A model generated the notes under the pieces. The model did no database searches and was not told where the DNA came from. It saw nothing but the letters and a program-made list of their open reading frames with translations. The position numbers and the translations under genes are program-made. A stretch of DNA of 60,537 nucleotides, filler included. It is 4 parts of 4 records of this genome, joined end to end, with 100 filler letters (N's around TTAATTAATTAA, not from the genome) between each part and the next. Parts side by side here need not be neighbours in the genome. Positions count along the whole stretch, not along the records: positions 1 to 28,591 come from SRR31156797_6202; 3 more parts are not named here. The stretch is one strand, 5' to 3'. Of this stretch, positions 9,408-18,527 are shown one piece after another; position 1 is the first letter of the stretch, and the number at the start of each line of letters is the position of its first letter.

Positions 9408-10659
9408 ATGATGCTTTTATGTTGTAGGCCTGAATCACATTCCCATGCCTAACATACAATTTCCCGTCATTTATCACCGGATGCGCAAAATGCTCTTTAT
9501 TTCCTTTCTTCATCCTGAACTTGCCGGGCACTTCCATGTTGCCCGGATCAGTGGTGATCAGCATCACTTCGCCGGCATAGTTGTAGTAATACAGCATATC
9601 GTCAGCCGCAATTACAGCACCACTGTTAATTTTCATGACTTGTTCGATTTCGCCTGAAATGGCATTCAAGCATCTGAAATCCCGTTTTGCGGTTCCGCAT
9701 CCATACAAATAATCACCCAGTTTTACGATGCCGCCCATGTAGCTGTCGAATTCAGGGTTATGCCAAACCTGCTCAATAGAAGTTTCATCTTCACTCAATT
9801 TTAGTTTTATGCCGCCATTTCCATCACCTTCGGCGTAATAGATGAATCCATCTTCATACAGGACTGTATTACTATGGGTATCACCCATACCGGGTTTTCG
9901 TGCTTCAGGCTTAACATTTGTCTGGTCATGCTTCCAGAGTAATTCACCTGTTTGGGTATCGATACCCAGCATTTCATAGGCTGTGAAGGTTACAAAAATG
10001 TTCCTTTCCGGCAGGTTGATAATTTTAGGTTGATTATATCCTGGTCGTTGCCCAACACCTTTGTTGATCCATGCTATTTCCCCGGTAAATCTGTTGAGCG
10101 CGACAACATTGGTATCGCGGCCTCCGGGCGTACAAAAAACCAAATCGCCATCCACAGCCACTGCCTCCGAATAACCAAAAAGCGGGTACTGGCCGTTCAG
10201 GTCATCCTTCATGCCAACATGCCATTGCTCCTCACCGTTAACCCTGTCAAAGCAATACAGATTTCCCATCCCGGATGTCACATAAACCAGTTCGCCAACA
10301 ATGGTTGGTGCCGATCGTGAGCCATCGTAATTTTTCACCCATTCCTCCCCGAAATCTTTTTTCCAAAGCAAATTGCCCTCATTATCAAAAGCAAAGAGGT
10401 ATGCAAGGTTATCAACTTCACCGGTGATGTACATTTTATCAGGGGTAAATACCGGTGAACCGTAACCGTTTCCAATCCCTTCGTATTCCCAAACCAGTTC
10501 GGGACCTTCCTCCGGCCAGGTTTTCAAAAGGTTAGTTTCGTAATAAATGCCAGCTCTGTCTTTGCCGCGCCATTCGTAAAGTTCTTCATTTTGGGTGCAT
10601 GAAACGCAAAACATCGCAATCAGCAGAATTGCAATAACGGGAGTAAATTTTCTGATCAT
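9406..10659 (-). CDS. PQQ-like beta-propeller repeat lipoprotein
   Basis: Lipoprotein-type signal (..CVSC), WRGKDRAG, WPEEGPELVW, repeated G..LW blades, AHPVINDGKLYVR. Confidence 0.85.
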   Translation of the reverse strand: MIRKFTPVIAILLIAMFCVSCTQNEELYEWRGKDRAGIYYETNLLKTWPEEGPELVWEYEGIGNGYGSPVFTPDKMYITGEVDNLAYLFAFDNEGNLLWKKDFGEEWVKNYDGSRSAPTIVGELVYVTSGMGNLYCFDRVNGEEQWHVGMKDDLNGQYPLFGYSEAVAVDGDLVFCTPGGRDTNVVALNRFTGEIAWINKGVGQRPGYNQPKIINLPERNIFVTFTAYEMLGIDTQTGELLWKHDQTNVKPEARKPGMGDTHSNTVLYEDGFIYYAEGDGNGGIKLKLSEDETSIEQVWHNPEFDSYMGGIVKLGDYLYGCGTAKRDFRCLNAISGEIEQVMKINSGAVIAADDMLYYYNYAGEVMLITTDPGNMEVPGKFRMKKGNKEHFAHPVINDGKLYVRHGNVIQAYNIKAS

Positions 10660-10812
10660 AGCTTATCGTTTTTGGTATCAGCAAAGTAACATCATTTTCA
10701 GGGCAAATGCATCAAAAGCCCATAAAAAAATATTTGACCGCAGAGGAAACGGAGTTTGTGCGTAGAAAACAGAGATGCATCCATTTAGCTAAAAAACCAA
10801 TACTTTTGACAA

Positions 10813-12153
10813 ATGCATATTGCCGAAATTTTGAACCTGATTGTTGCCTGTATTGGTGCCGTTGCTTTTGGCTATGCAAGCCTGGTTTCACTATTTGAAA
10901 AGGAGCGTAGGGCAGCAGTACTGATATTTGTTTTTGGACTGATTTTGTCTTTACCGCCTTTGGCAGTGCATCTGTTTCCCGGATTTTTTCCTGCTTTTGT
11001 TTTGTTCGCCATCCCGGCATTGTACGTTGTGGTTGCAGCAGTGTTCTTTTTGCCCCTGCAATGGAGATTCCCGGAAACTAAAGGTGAGCCGGTTACAGGC
11101 TATGATGAACGAAAAATTATGTTTTCCCGAAATGAGTTGAAGCCAGGCACCGATAAATTTGAAAAGTATTACGAAGATTATCCTGAACATCTGAATCCGG
11201 ATAACCAGTTTCGCAGTAAGCCCGGACTGCTGGATGATGGAGCGCGCTTTTTTGATCCATTCCTGTTCAATGCTGCAAAGGCAAGTTTTGATGCAGTAGG
11301 TGCGTTTCATGACCTAGTGGATGGCCCGGTTCATAATCAAAAAACGGTATGTAATCCAAATGAGCTAACTGCATTTGTAAAATCCTGGGCAAAAAAACTC
11401 GGTGCAAAAGATGTGGGAATCACGCCACTCGAAGATTATCACAAATACACACTTATCGGACGGGGAAAGGATTATGGAAAACCGGTAAACCTGAATCACA
11501 TATATGCCATTGCCCTCACTGTGGAGATGAACAAGGATTTAATCGACACTGCACCAAAGGGTCCGGTTACGCTGGAAACTTCCCATATTTACCTGGAATC
11601 GGGAGAGGTGGCTGTTCAGCTTGCCCTATTCCTTCGAAAAATGGGATATCCGTCCCGGGCGCATATTGATGGCAACTACCGGGTAATTTGCCCACTGGTG
11701 GCCAAAGATGCCGGACTGGGAAACATTGGCAGGATGGGATTGCTGATGACACCCAATGAAGGACCCAGGGTCAGGATTGCTGTGGTTACTACCGATGCAC
11801 CATTGAAACCGGAAAAACGAAGACCTGATGCCTCAATACCGGCATTTTGCCGGATTTGTAAAAAATGTACTTCGAATTGCCCTTCGCAAGCTATACCTTT
11901 TGATGACGAAAAAACGATTGAAGGTATAAAACGGTGGCAAATCAACCATGAGAAATGTTACACATACTGGTGCACCGTAGGGACAGATTGCGGAAAATGT
12001 ATTGCCGTATGCCCATATTCCCATCCTGATAATTTATTCCACAACATGGTAAGGTACGGCATCAGGTATAACCCCATGTTCAGAAAAGTTGCAGCGTTTC
12101 TGGATGATGTTTTCTACGGGAAAAAGCTGGCGCCAAAAACCTGGAAAAAATAG
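10813..12153 (+). CDS. Reductive dehalogenase-like (cobalamin / 2x4Fe-4S) protein with N-terminal TM helices
   Basis: Three hydrophobic N-terminal segments, LGAKDVGIT, FLRKMGY.SRAH, PLVAKDAGLGNIGR.G, GPRVRIAVVTTD, CRICKKCTSNCP and C..YW.....DCGKCIAVCP. Confidence 0.8.
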   Translation: MHIAEILNLIVACIGAVAFGYASLVSLFEKERRAAVLIFVFGLILSLPPLAVHLFPGFFPAFVLFAIPALYVVVAAVFFLPLQWRFPETKGEPVTGYDERKIMFSRNELKPGTDKFEKYYEDYPEHLNPDNQFRSKPGLLDDGARFFDPFLFNAAKASFDAVGAFHDLVDGPVHNQKTVCNPNELTAFVKSWAKKLGAKDVGITPLEDYHKYTLIGRGKDYGKPVNLNHIYAIALTVEMNKDLIDTAPKGPVTLETSHIYLESGEVAVQLALFLRKMGYPSRAHIDGNYRVICPLVAKDAGLGNIGRMGLLMTPNEGPRVRIAVVTTDAPLKPEKRRPDASIPAFCRICKKCTSNCPSQAIPFDDEKTIEGIKRWQINHEKCYTYWCTVGTDCGKCIAVCPYSHPDNLFHNMVRYGIRYNPMFRKVAAFLDDVFYGKKLAPKTWKK

Positions 12154-12190
12154 CTATAAGGCATAACCATCCTTTTCGACTGTTAATTTT

Positions 12191-12208
12191 GTGTTAAGCA
12201 TTTAACAA
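12191..12208. promoter_or_regulatory. Rex-like operator upstream of pta
   Basis: GTGTTAA-GCAT-TTAACAA, one mismatch to TTGTTAA-N4-TTAACAA. Confidence 0.55.
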
Positions 12209-12373
12209 AAGCCCCATGGGTTTGGCAAATTGATGCCCTGGCCATCACTTTACAATATCAAACGCTTACCTTACTTCACGCAAAATTAAAATCCGCAAAA
12301 CTCACATATTAAATATTCATTGTTATTTTGTGGATCAAAATGAAAGTTAAAATTATTTGCTAATTCCCCAATA

Positions 12374-14467
12374 ATGTCAAACAACCTCTACATTGCTGCA
12401 GCTGAAGCGAAAGCCGGGAAATCACTCATTGCCATGGGTTTTATGGAACTGCTCTCACGACACGTAAAAAAGATCGGATTTTTCAGGCCCATCGTACGTA
12501 GTGAAGAAGAGATAGACTCCCACATTAAATTAATTTCCGAACGCTACAAACTTCCTTTTGGCTATCAGGACATGTATGGCCTCACCTCCAACCAGGCGCT
12601 CCGGCTCATTCAGGATGGTGACCAGGATGGTTTGCTCACGGGTATTTTAAATAAATATAAAAAGCTGGAAAAGCAGTGCGATTTTATCCTTTGTGAAGGA
12701 ACTGACTTCAGGGGAACGCTGGTTTCGTTTGAGTTTGACATGAATGCACGATTTGCCAATAACCTCGGGGCGCCTATTCTTGCGGTTATCAATGGCCATG
12801 GAAAAACCATCAACGAAATTGCGGAAAGCATTCATATCGTCAGGGATACGCTGAAAAATGAAAAATGCAGCCAGATCGGAACCTGCATAAACCGTGTGGA
12901 CGAAGATGCCCTGGATGGTGTGAAAGGTGTGCTGGACAAATTTGGTAAACCCGAAGAGATCAATTTTGCCCTGCCTGAAAAAGAAATCCTGCAAAAGCTC
13001 ACCATGCGTCAGATTGTGCAGTCGGTGAATGCAAAACACATTTATGGCGACAACGAAGCATTGAATTATGATGTGATGGATTTCAAAGTTGCAGCGATGA
13101 CCCTTGAGAATATCCTAGAACATATTGCTGATCAAACATTAGTCATTACTCCGGGAGACCGTACAGATATTCTGATCGGGTTGCTAATGAGCATGCTGGC
13201 TGATAATTTTCCAAAGGTTTCCGGAGTGTTGCTTACCGGAGGTTTAAAACCAAGCCCGCAGTTAACCAGACTTATGGATGGGATTAAAAAAATTCCATTG
13301 GCTGTTTATGGGGTTGAATCCGACACTTACGAAACTGCCATGGCAGTTAGTAAAATCCATCCGGTACTTACACCCGAAAATGAGCGGCGTTTAAGCACGG
13401 CACTTGGCCATTTTGAAGCTAATGTGGATGTGGATATTCTGGGGCAAATATTAAAAATTACAAGTTCGCATGTTGTTACACCGGTTATGTTTGAATATGA
13501 ATTATTTGAACGTGCCCGTGCCGATCGCAAGCATATTGTGTTGCCCGAAGCTGAAGATGAAAGAATCCTGCGGGCTGCTGAAATTCTCCTGAAACGGAAT
13601 GTCGTGGATATCACACTTCTCGGAAATGAAGAAGAAATCCTCAACCATGCCAAATCGTTGCAGTTGAATCTGGATGGTGTGAATATCATCGATCCTTATG
13701 ATAATGACCTGGTTCATGAATATGCAGCTGAATATTTTAAGTTGCGTAAACACAAAGGCATTACCAAAGAGCAGGCCTATGAATTGATGTTCGATGTAAG
13801 CTACCTCGGCACCATGATGGTGCACAAAGGCCACGCCGATGGCATGGTTTCAGGTGCTGCCCACACCACACAGCACACCATCCGTCCGGCATTTGAATTT
13901 ATAAAAACAAAGCCCGGCGTTTCCATCGTTTCCAGTTCTTTCCTGATGTGTTTCAACGACAGGGTGCTGGTTTATGGCGACTGCGCTGTGAATCCAAATC
14001 CTAATTCAGAAGAGCTTGCAGACATCGCCATCAGTTCCGCCGAAACCGCCATGAACTTTGGCATTGCGCCAAGGATTGCAATGTTGTCTTATTCAACCGG
14101 TGAATCCGGAAAAGGTGCTGATGTGGAAAAAGTAAGGAAAGCAACCGCCATTGCCCGCGAACGCCGACCCGATCTGAAGATCGAAGGCCCCATCCAATAC
14201 GATGCCGCCATCGAACCCACCGTTGCCAAACAAAAAATGCCGGGCAGCGAAGTAGCCGGGAAAGCTACTGTTTTCATCTTCCCCGATCTCAATACCGGAA
14301 ACAACACCTACAAAGCCGTTCAACGTGCTGCCAATGCCGTTGCCATCGGTCCGGTGCTGCAGGGTTTGAACAAACCTGTAAACGACCTCAGCCGTGGCTG
14401 TTTGGTAAAAGACATCGTGAATACGGTGGTAATCACTGCTATTCAGGCGCAGGGTATGAAAAAGTAA
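12374..14467 (+). CDS. pta: Phosphate acetyltransferase, long form (BioD-like + DRTGG + PTA domains)
   Basis: AGKS, ITPGDR, IVLPE, GDCAVNP.P, AMLSYSTG.SG, GPIQYDAA, GNNTYKAVQR, PVNDLSRG. Confidence 0.96.
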   Translation: MSNNLYIAAAEAKAGKSLIAMGFMELLSRHVKKIGFFRPIVRSEEEIDSHIKLISERYKLPFGYQDMYGLTSNQALRLIQDGDQDGLLTGILNKYKKLEKQCDFILCEGTDFRGTLVSFEFDMNARFANNLGAPILAVINGHGKTINEIAESIHIVRDTLKNEKCSQIGTCINRVDEDALDGVKGVLDKFGKPEEINFALPEKEILQKLTMRQIVQSVNAKHIYGDNEALNYDVMDFKVAAMTLENILEHIADQTLVITPGDRTDILIGLLMSMLADNFPKVSGVLLTGGLKPSPQLTRLMDGIKKIPLAVYGVESDTYETAMAVSKIHPVLTPENERRLSTALGHFEANVDVDILGQILKITSSHVVTPVMFEYELFERARADRKHIVLPEAEDERILRAAEILLKRNVVDITLLGNEEEILNHAKSLQLNLDGVNIIDPYDNDLVHEYAAEYFKLRKHKGITKEQAYELMFDVSYLGTMMVHKGHADGMVSGAAHTTQHTIRPAFEFIKTKPGVSIVSSSFLMCFNDRVLVYGDCAVNPNPNSEELADIAISSAETAMNFGIAPRIAMLSYSTGESGKGADVEKVRKATAIARERRPDLKIEGPIQYDAAIEPTVAKQKMPGSEVAGKATVFIFPDLNTGNNTYKAVQRAANAVAIGPVLQGLNKPVNDLSRGCLVKDIVNTVVITAIQAQGMKK

Positions 14468-14503
14468 ATCAATCGGAATAATCACATATCAAAGCAAAAA
14501 CAA

Positions 14504-15133
14504 ATGAAAAAATTAAACTGGTCATGGCATGGAGGCATCCCTGCTTCAAATAATTGTAGAACTGTTACGGCATTTTTGTTGATTACTCTTTGGCTATTAC
14601 CTTCTTTGGGATTTGGCCAAAAAGGGAAGTTTTTACTGGAAGCTACCTCAAATTTCTCCAGCAGCGTGGCCTTTTACAAAAATGATAATGATAAAGAATA
14701 TAGGGCGATTTCACTTGATATTCAGCCAAAGGCAGCATATTTTGTAACTGACAATTTTTCCATTGGATTGTTCGCAGGCTTTTCTTTTTCACAGGAAAGT
14801 GATCTCCAGTTTGACGCCACGGATGAATCAACTATATCCATCGGCCCTTATTTTAGGTACTATTTTGGAAACGGTAAAGTAAGACCCTACATAATGGCTG
14901 ATGCAGGATTTGTACGTATCACATCTAATAGTCATTTTACATTGGATTATGATGGATATGGTGGCGATGCAGGTTTTGGTACACTGGTGTTTATTTCAAA
15001 AAGAATCGCATTGAATACCCAATTATTATACGGATATTACAAGCTATCATATGAAAGAGGATCGGATGTTACAGTGCATGGGCCGCAATTACAATTTGGT
15101 TTTTCAATATTGCTTGGGAAGGATGAAGAATGA
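14504..15133 (+). CDS. Small outer-membrane beta-barrel protein
   Basis: Signal-like segment and alternating aromatic beta strands (AAYFVTDNFSIG, IGPYFRYYF). Confidence 0.75.
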   Translation: MKKLNWSWHGGIPASNNCRTVTAFLLITLWLLPSLGFGQKGKFLLEATSNFSSSVAFYKNDNDKEYRAISLDIQPKAAYFVTDNFSIGLFAGFSFSQESDLQFDATDESTISIGPYFRYYFGNGKVRPYIMADAGFVRITSNSHFTLDYDGYGGDAGFGTLVFISKRIALNTQLLYGYYKLSYERGSDVTVHGPQLQFGFSILLGKDEE

Positions 15134-15147
15134 GATGAGACTTCCAT

Positions 15148-16446
15148 TTATTTGTCTGATAAGTTAATTTTCCCTCTCATCTGAACGGCGATCACCTTCA
15201 CTTCTTTATCCAAAGATTTTTCAGGAATATCGATGTAAACCAATCCGGGCTTTTCGCTCCAGTATTGTTTCATTTTGATGTCCCAGCTTAGTTTGGTTCC
15301 ATCGCCAACCACGCGAATCCGGTTGATTTTGTTTTTCAATCCTTTGAGGGCAATGGGCCCGTTTGGTTTGTGTTCAACAAAAAGGTACAAAATCGTGCTG
15401 TCAGCAGAAAGAGTGCTCGGCCCTGAAAAATAATCTCTGGAAATACCTGCCTGACTTCCGTAAATCGCTTCGCCATGTTTTTTGGTCCATCTTCCCAGTT
15501 CTTCCAGAATTTTCACTTGCTCTTCCGGGATGTTTCCATCAGCTTTCGGACCGATGTCCAGTAGCAGGTTTCCACCCTTGCTGATCACATCTGTAAAAAT
15601 CCTGATGATTTGATTTGCTGTTTTATAATTGTGGTCGTTGTGCTGGTAGCCCCACGAATCGTTCATGGTCATGCACAATTCCCAGTAGCGCTCATCGGGT
15701 TTGAAAATCGGAATGCCCTGCTCCGGGGTGGCATAATCGCCGTATCCGGCCAGCCTTGAATTGATGATCACATAGGGGTTGTCTTCCAGCAGCAGTTCAC
15801 GGATTTTTTTGGCATTCCAGGTTTCGGCATCCTGCTCCCAGTCGCCATCAAACCAAACCAGGTCGGGGTTGAATTTTTCAGAAATCTCATTGATCTGATC
15901 AAAATTGAATTTGTTAAACTGATCCCACCGCTTCGGGTCATTTTCATAGCGTTTTTCCGTTCGGGTAAAATTCGGATAATCCGGATGCGACCAGTCCAGC
16001 AAAGAATAATACAACCCTACTTTCAGGTTTTGTTTGCTGAGTTCATCCACAAAAGGCCGAATCAAATCACGACCAGCGGGTGTTTTGTCCACCACATTCA
16101 AATCTCCAAAATCAGAATCCCAAAGGGCTACACCATCATGATGTTTCGTGGTGATCACCGTATAACCGGCTCCGCTTTCTTTGATAAGTTCAGCCCAGTA
16201 AGCCGGGTCGTAGTTCTCGGCGGTAAACCCATTAAGCTGTTTCATATAATCTTCATGAGAAATGTATCCGTTAAAAAACGACCACGACTCATCGATGCCA
16301 TCCACAGCATAAATGCCCCAGTGAATAAAAATTCCCAGCCGGGCATCTTCAAACCAGTCCATCTTGCCGGTTTGCTGGGCATTTGTGTGATTGAAAATGA
16401 AGATAGAAAGTACGGCGATGGTGAAAAATCTGTATTGTTTATTCAT
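15148..16446 (-). CDS. Alpha-L-fucosidase (GH29)
   Basis: WF..ARLGIFIHWG, TTKHHDG, YYSLLDW, WFDG nucleophile, GGNLLLDIGP, signal peptide. Confidence 0.93.
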   Translation of the reverse strand: MNKQYRFFTIAVLSIFIFNHTNAQQTGKMDWFEDARLGIFIHWGIYAVDGIDESWSFFNGYISHEDYMKQLNGFTAENYDPAYWAELIKESGAGYTVITTKHHDGVALWDSDFGDLNVVDKTPAGRDLIRPFVDELSKQNLKVGLYYSLLDWSHPDYPNFTRTEKRYENDPKRWDQFNKFNFDQINEISEKFNPDLVWFDGDWEQDAETWNAKKIRELLLEDNPYVIINSRLAGYGDYATPEQGIPIFKPDERYWELCMTMNDSWGYQHNDHNYKTANQIIRIFTDVISKGGNLLLDIGPKADGNIPEEQVKILEELGRWTKKHGEAIYGSQAGISRDYFSGPSTLSADSTILYLFVEHKPNGPIALKGLKNKINRIRVVGDGTKLSWDIKMKQYWSEKPGLVYIDIPEKSLDKEVKVIAVQMRGKINLSDK

Positions 16447-16568
16447 TTGTCACAAAATTTTTTCATAAAAAACGCAACTTTGGAAGATGTAAAAATATTA
16501 ATATTGCAGTTCATCTGTGGGATTGAACAAAATTCCGGATGAAACATTTTATTGTTCATTGAATCATT

Positions 16569-16660
16569 AGAGGGGTTGGAACTGGTGTTCCGGCTGGTCT
16601 TCAAAACCAGTAGCAGACGGATAAAACCGGCTGTGGCAGGTTCGATCCCTGCTCCCTCTG
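16569..16660 (+). tRNA. selC: tRNA-Sec (anticodon TCA), 12-bp acceptor+T arm type, CCA not encoded
   Basis: AGAGGGG/TCCCTCT acceptor, (T)GGAAC-TGGT-GTTCC(G) D-arm with 4-nt loop, CTGGT-CTTCAAA-ACCAG anticodon arm, long variable arm, GCAGG-TTCGATC-CCTGC T-arm, G discriminator. Upstream of selA and selB. Confidence 0.93.
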
Positions 16661-16737
16661 CGAGTGAAGTTAATCGTTAATCCTTGTCATCCGAAGCTTT
16701 AGCGAAGGAGAAGATAATGGTTAATTGAAAAAAGTAA

Positions 16738-16773
16738 GGTGGGCGTGGAATTTTCTATGCCCATTTTTGTTTT
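16738..16773 (+). terminator. Intrinsic terminator after selC
   Basis: gtgggcgtgga-attt-tctatgcccat followed by a T-rich tail. Confidence 0.7.
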
Positions 16774-16853
16774 CGATCCCTTGTATTATCTCAAGATAAG
16801 TTTTTTAAAGATGTTGTCCGATTTTTAGAATGCAAAACAATTTTCCTTGAAAT

Positions 16854-16952
16854 AAACTCTGTGAAACTTTGAGGCTACTTTGTGAACCTCAGTGTAATAA
16901 CCCTTTAGGTATACCACAAAGTTGCTCAAAGAAGGAACAAAGCATTGCAAAG
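16854..16952. repeat. Degenerate inverted ~10-mer repeat arrays (ctctgtg.. / ..cacaaag)
   Basis: aactctgtgaaactttgaggctactttgtgaacctcagtgt faces accacaaagttgctcaaagaaggaacaaagcattgcaaag. Confidence 0.55.
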
Positions 16953-17111
16953 ATATTTTGGTTAATTTCTACATCTGTTATTCATATCCTGTATAAAAGT
17001 GTTCATCAATCATGAACTTTACAAATTACGGATCAACGGATAACGTTTAACTCACGCCCCATTCCCCCAACTATCTTATTTTTGCTGATTCTAAAATCAA
17101 ATCATTGCACC

Positions 17112-18527
17112 ATGTCAACGCAGGATGAACTCAGAAAACTACCAGGGGTAGATAAATTGTTGAATGATGAGCGGATAAAAACCTTGCTAGAAACCAGGCC
17201 CCGCGAAGTGGTAACTTCTTACATCAAGCAAACCATCGATTATTACCGCCGGCAGGCTCTGGATGGAAAACAGATTCCCGAAGCTGAAACAATTATAGAA
17301 GAAGTACATACTCAAATTCAGCAGCTAACCACCAAAAGCCTTAAACCGGTGATAAACGGAACAGGCGTGATTGTGCACACGAATCTGGGCAGGGCACCCT
17401 TTGGCGAAGAACTGCTCGACAGGGTGAGAGAAGTGCTGGCTGGTTACAATAACCTGGAATACAACCTGGAGGCAGCCAGTCGTGGTTCACGCTATACGCA
17501 TGTCACTAACATCCTTCGCTACCTAACCGGTGCCGAAGATGTGCTGGTGGTCAACAACAACGCCGCAGCCATCATGCTGGTTTTGCGGGCTTTTGCCAAA
17601 TCCAGGGAAGTGATTGTATCCAGGGGTGAACTCATCGAAATCGGCGGCTCTTTCCGCATGCCCGACATCATGAGTGCATCCGATTGTGTGATGATAGAAG
17701 TGGGAACCACCAACAAAACCAAAGCCACAGATTACGATAATGCCATCACTGAGCAAACGGCCATGCTACTCAAGGTGCATCAATCCAATTACATCATCCA
17801 GGGGTTTACCACCGAAGCTTCGCTGGAAGAGCTGGTGGAAGTGGGCCGGCAAAAAGCTGTTCCTGTGGTTTATGATATGGGCTCCGGACTGTTGCGCAAG
17901 GCTAATATTCCTTTCCTGGAAGATGAACCTGATGTGAAAAGTACGCTGCAAACCGGAATCGATCTGGTTACTTTTAGCGGCGACAAATTGCTGGGTGGCC
18001 CGCAGGCCGGGATCATTGCCGGCAAAAAGGAATGGATCGACAAACTGAAAAAGGAGCCATTGACCAGAGCATTGCGTGTGGGCAAAGAAACACTCTCCAT
18101 GCTCGAAGCCATCGCCATAGCCTACCTCGACGAAGAAAAGTTAATTGGACTCAGCCCGGTTTTCCAGATGATGACCGCCAAAAAAGAAGCGCTTCATCAA
18201 AAAGCCGAAAGGCTCCAGAATATGCTTTCGGAAAGTGGCATTAAATCCATAGTTGTAGAAAGCCAGGGACAGGCTGGCGGAGGGTCGCTACCCGGAAAGT
18301 TCATCGAAAGTTATGCAGTCCAGATTGATTTGGAGGATATGTCGAGAAACAAAAGAATTGAAACTGCCGAAAAAATGTTCAGGTTTCTGTTGGACATCGA
18401 AAAGCCCTTGCTGGGCGTGCTCCGAAAAGGAAATTTGTTGTTTGACATACTTACGATCCCTGACCATAAATTGCCCGAAGCTGCCGATAAAATCATCCAG
18501 GCCAAAAACGAAATCTTCAAATCATGA
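17112..18527 (+). CDS. selA: L-seryl-tRNA(Sec) selenium transferase
   Basis: LRKLPGVD, VINGTGVIVHTNLGRAP, VVNNNAAA, SRGELIEIGGSFR, EVGTTN, SGDKLLGGPQAG (PLP lysine). Start moved to the ATG at 17112. Confidence 0.97.
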   Translation: MSTQDELRKLPGVDKLLNDERIKTLLETRPREVVTSYIKQTIDYYRRQALDGKQIPEAETIIEEVHTQIQQLTTKSLKPVINGTGVIVHTNLGRAPFGEELLDRVREVLAGYNNLEYNLEAASRGSRYTHVTNILRYLTGAEDVLVVNNNAAAIMLVLRAFAKSREVIVSRGELIEIGGSFRMPDIMSASDCVMIEVGTTNKTKATDYDNAITEQTAMLLKVHQSNYIIQGFTTEASLEELVEVGRQKAVPVVYDMGSGLLRKANIPFLEDEPDVKSTLQTGIDLVTFSGDKLLGGPQAGIIAGKKEWIDKLKKEPLTRALRVGKETLSMLEAIAIAYLDEEKLIGLSPVFQMMTAKKEALHQKAERLQNMLSESGIKSIVVESQGQAGGGSLPGKFIESYAVQIDLEDMSRNKRIETAEKMFRFLLDIEKPLLGVLRKGNLLFDILTIPDHKLPEAADKIIQAKNEIFKS

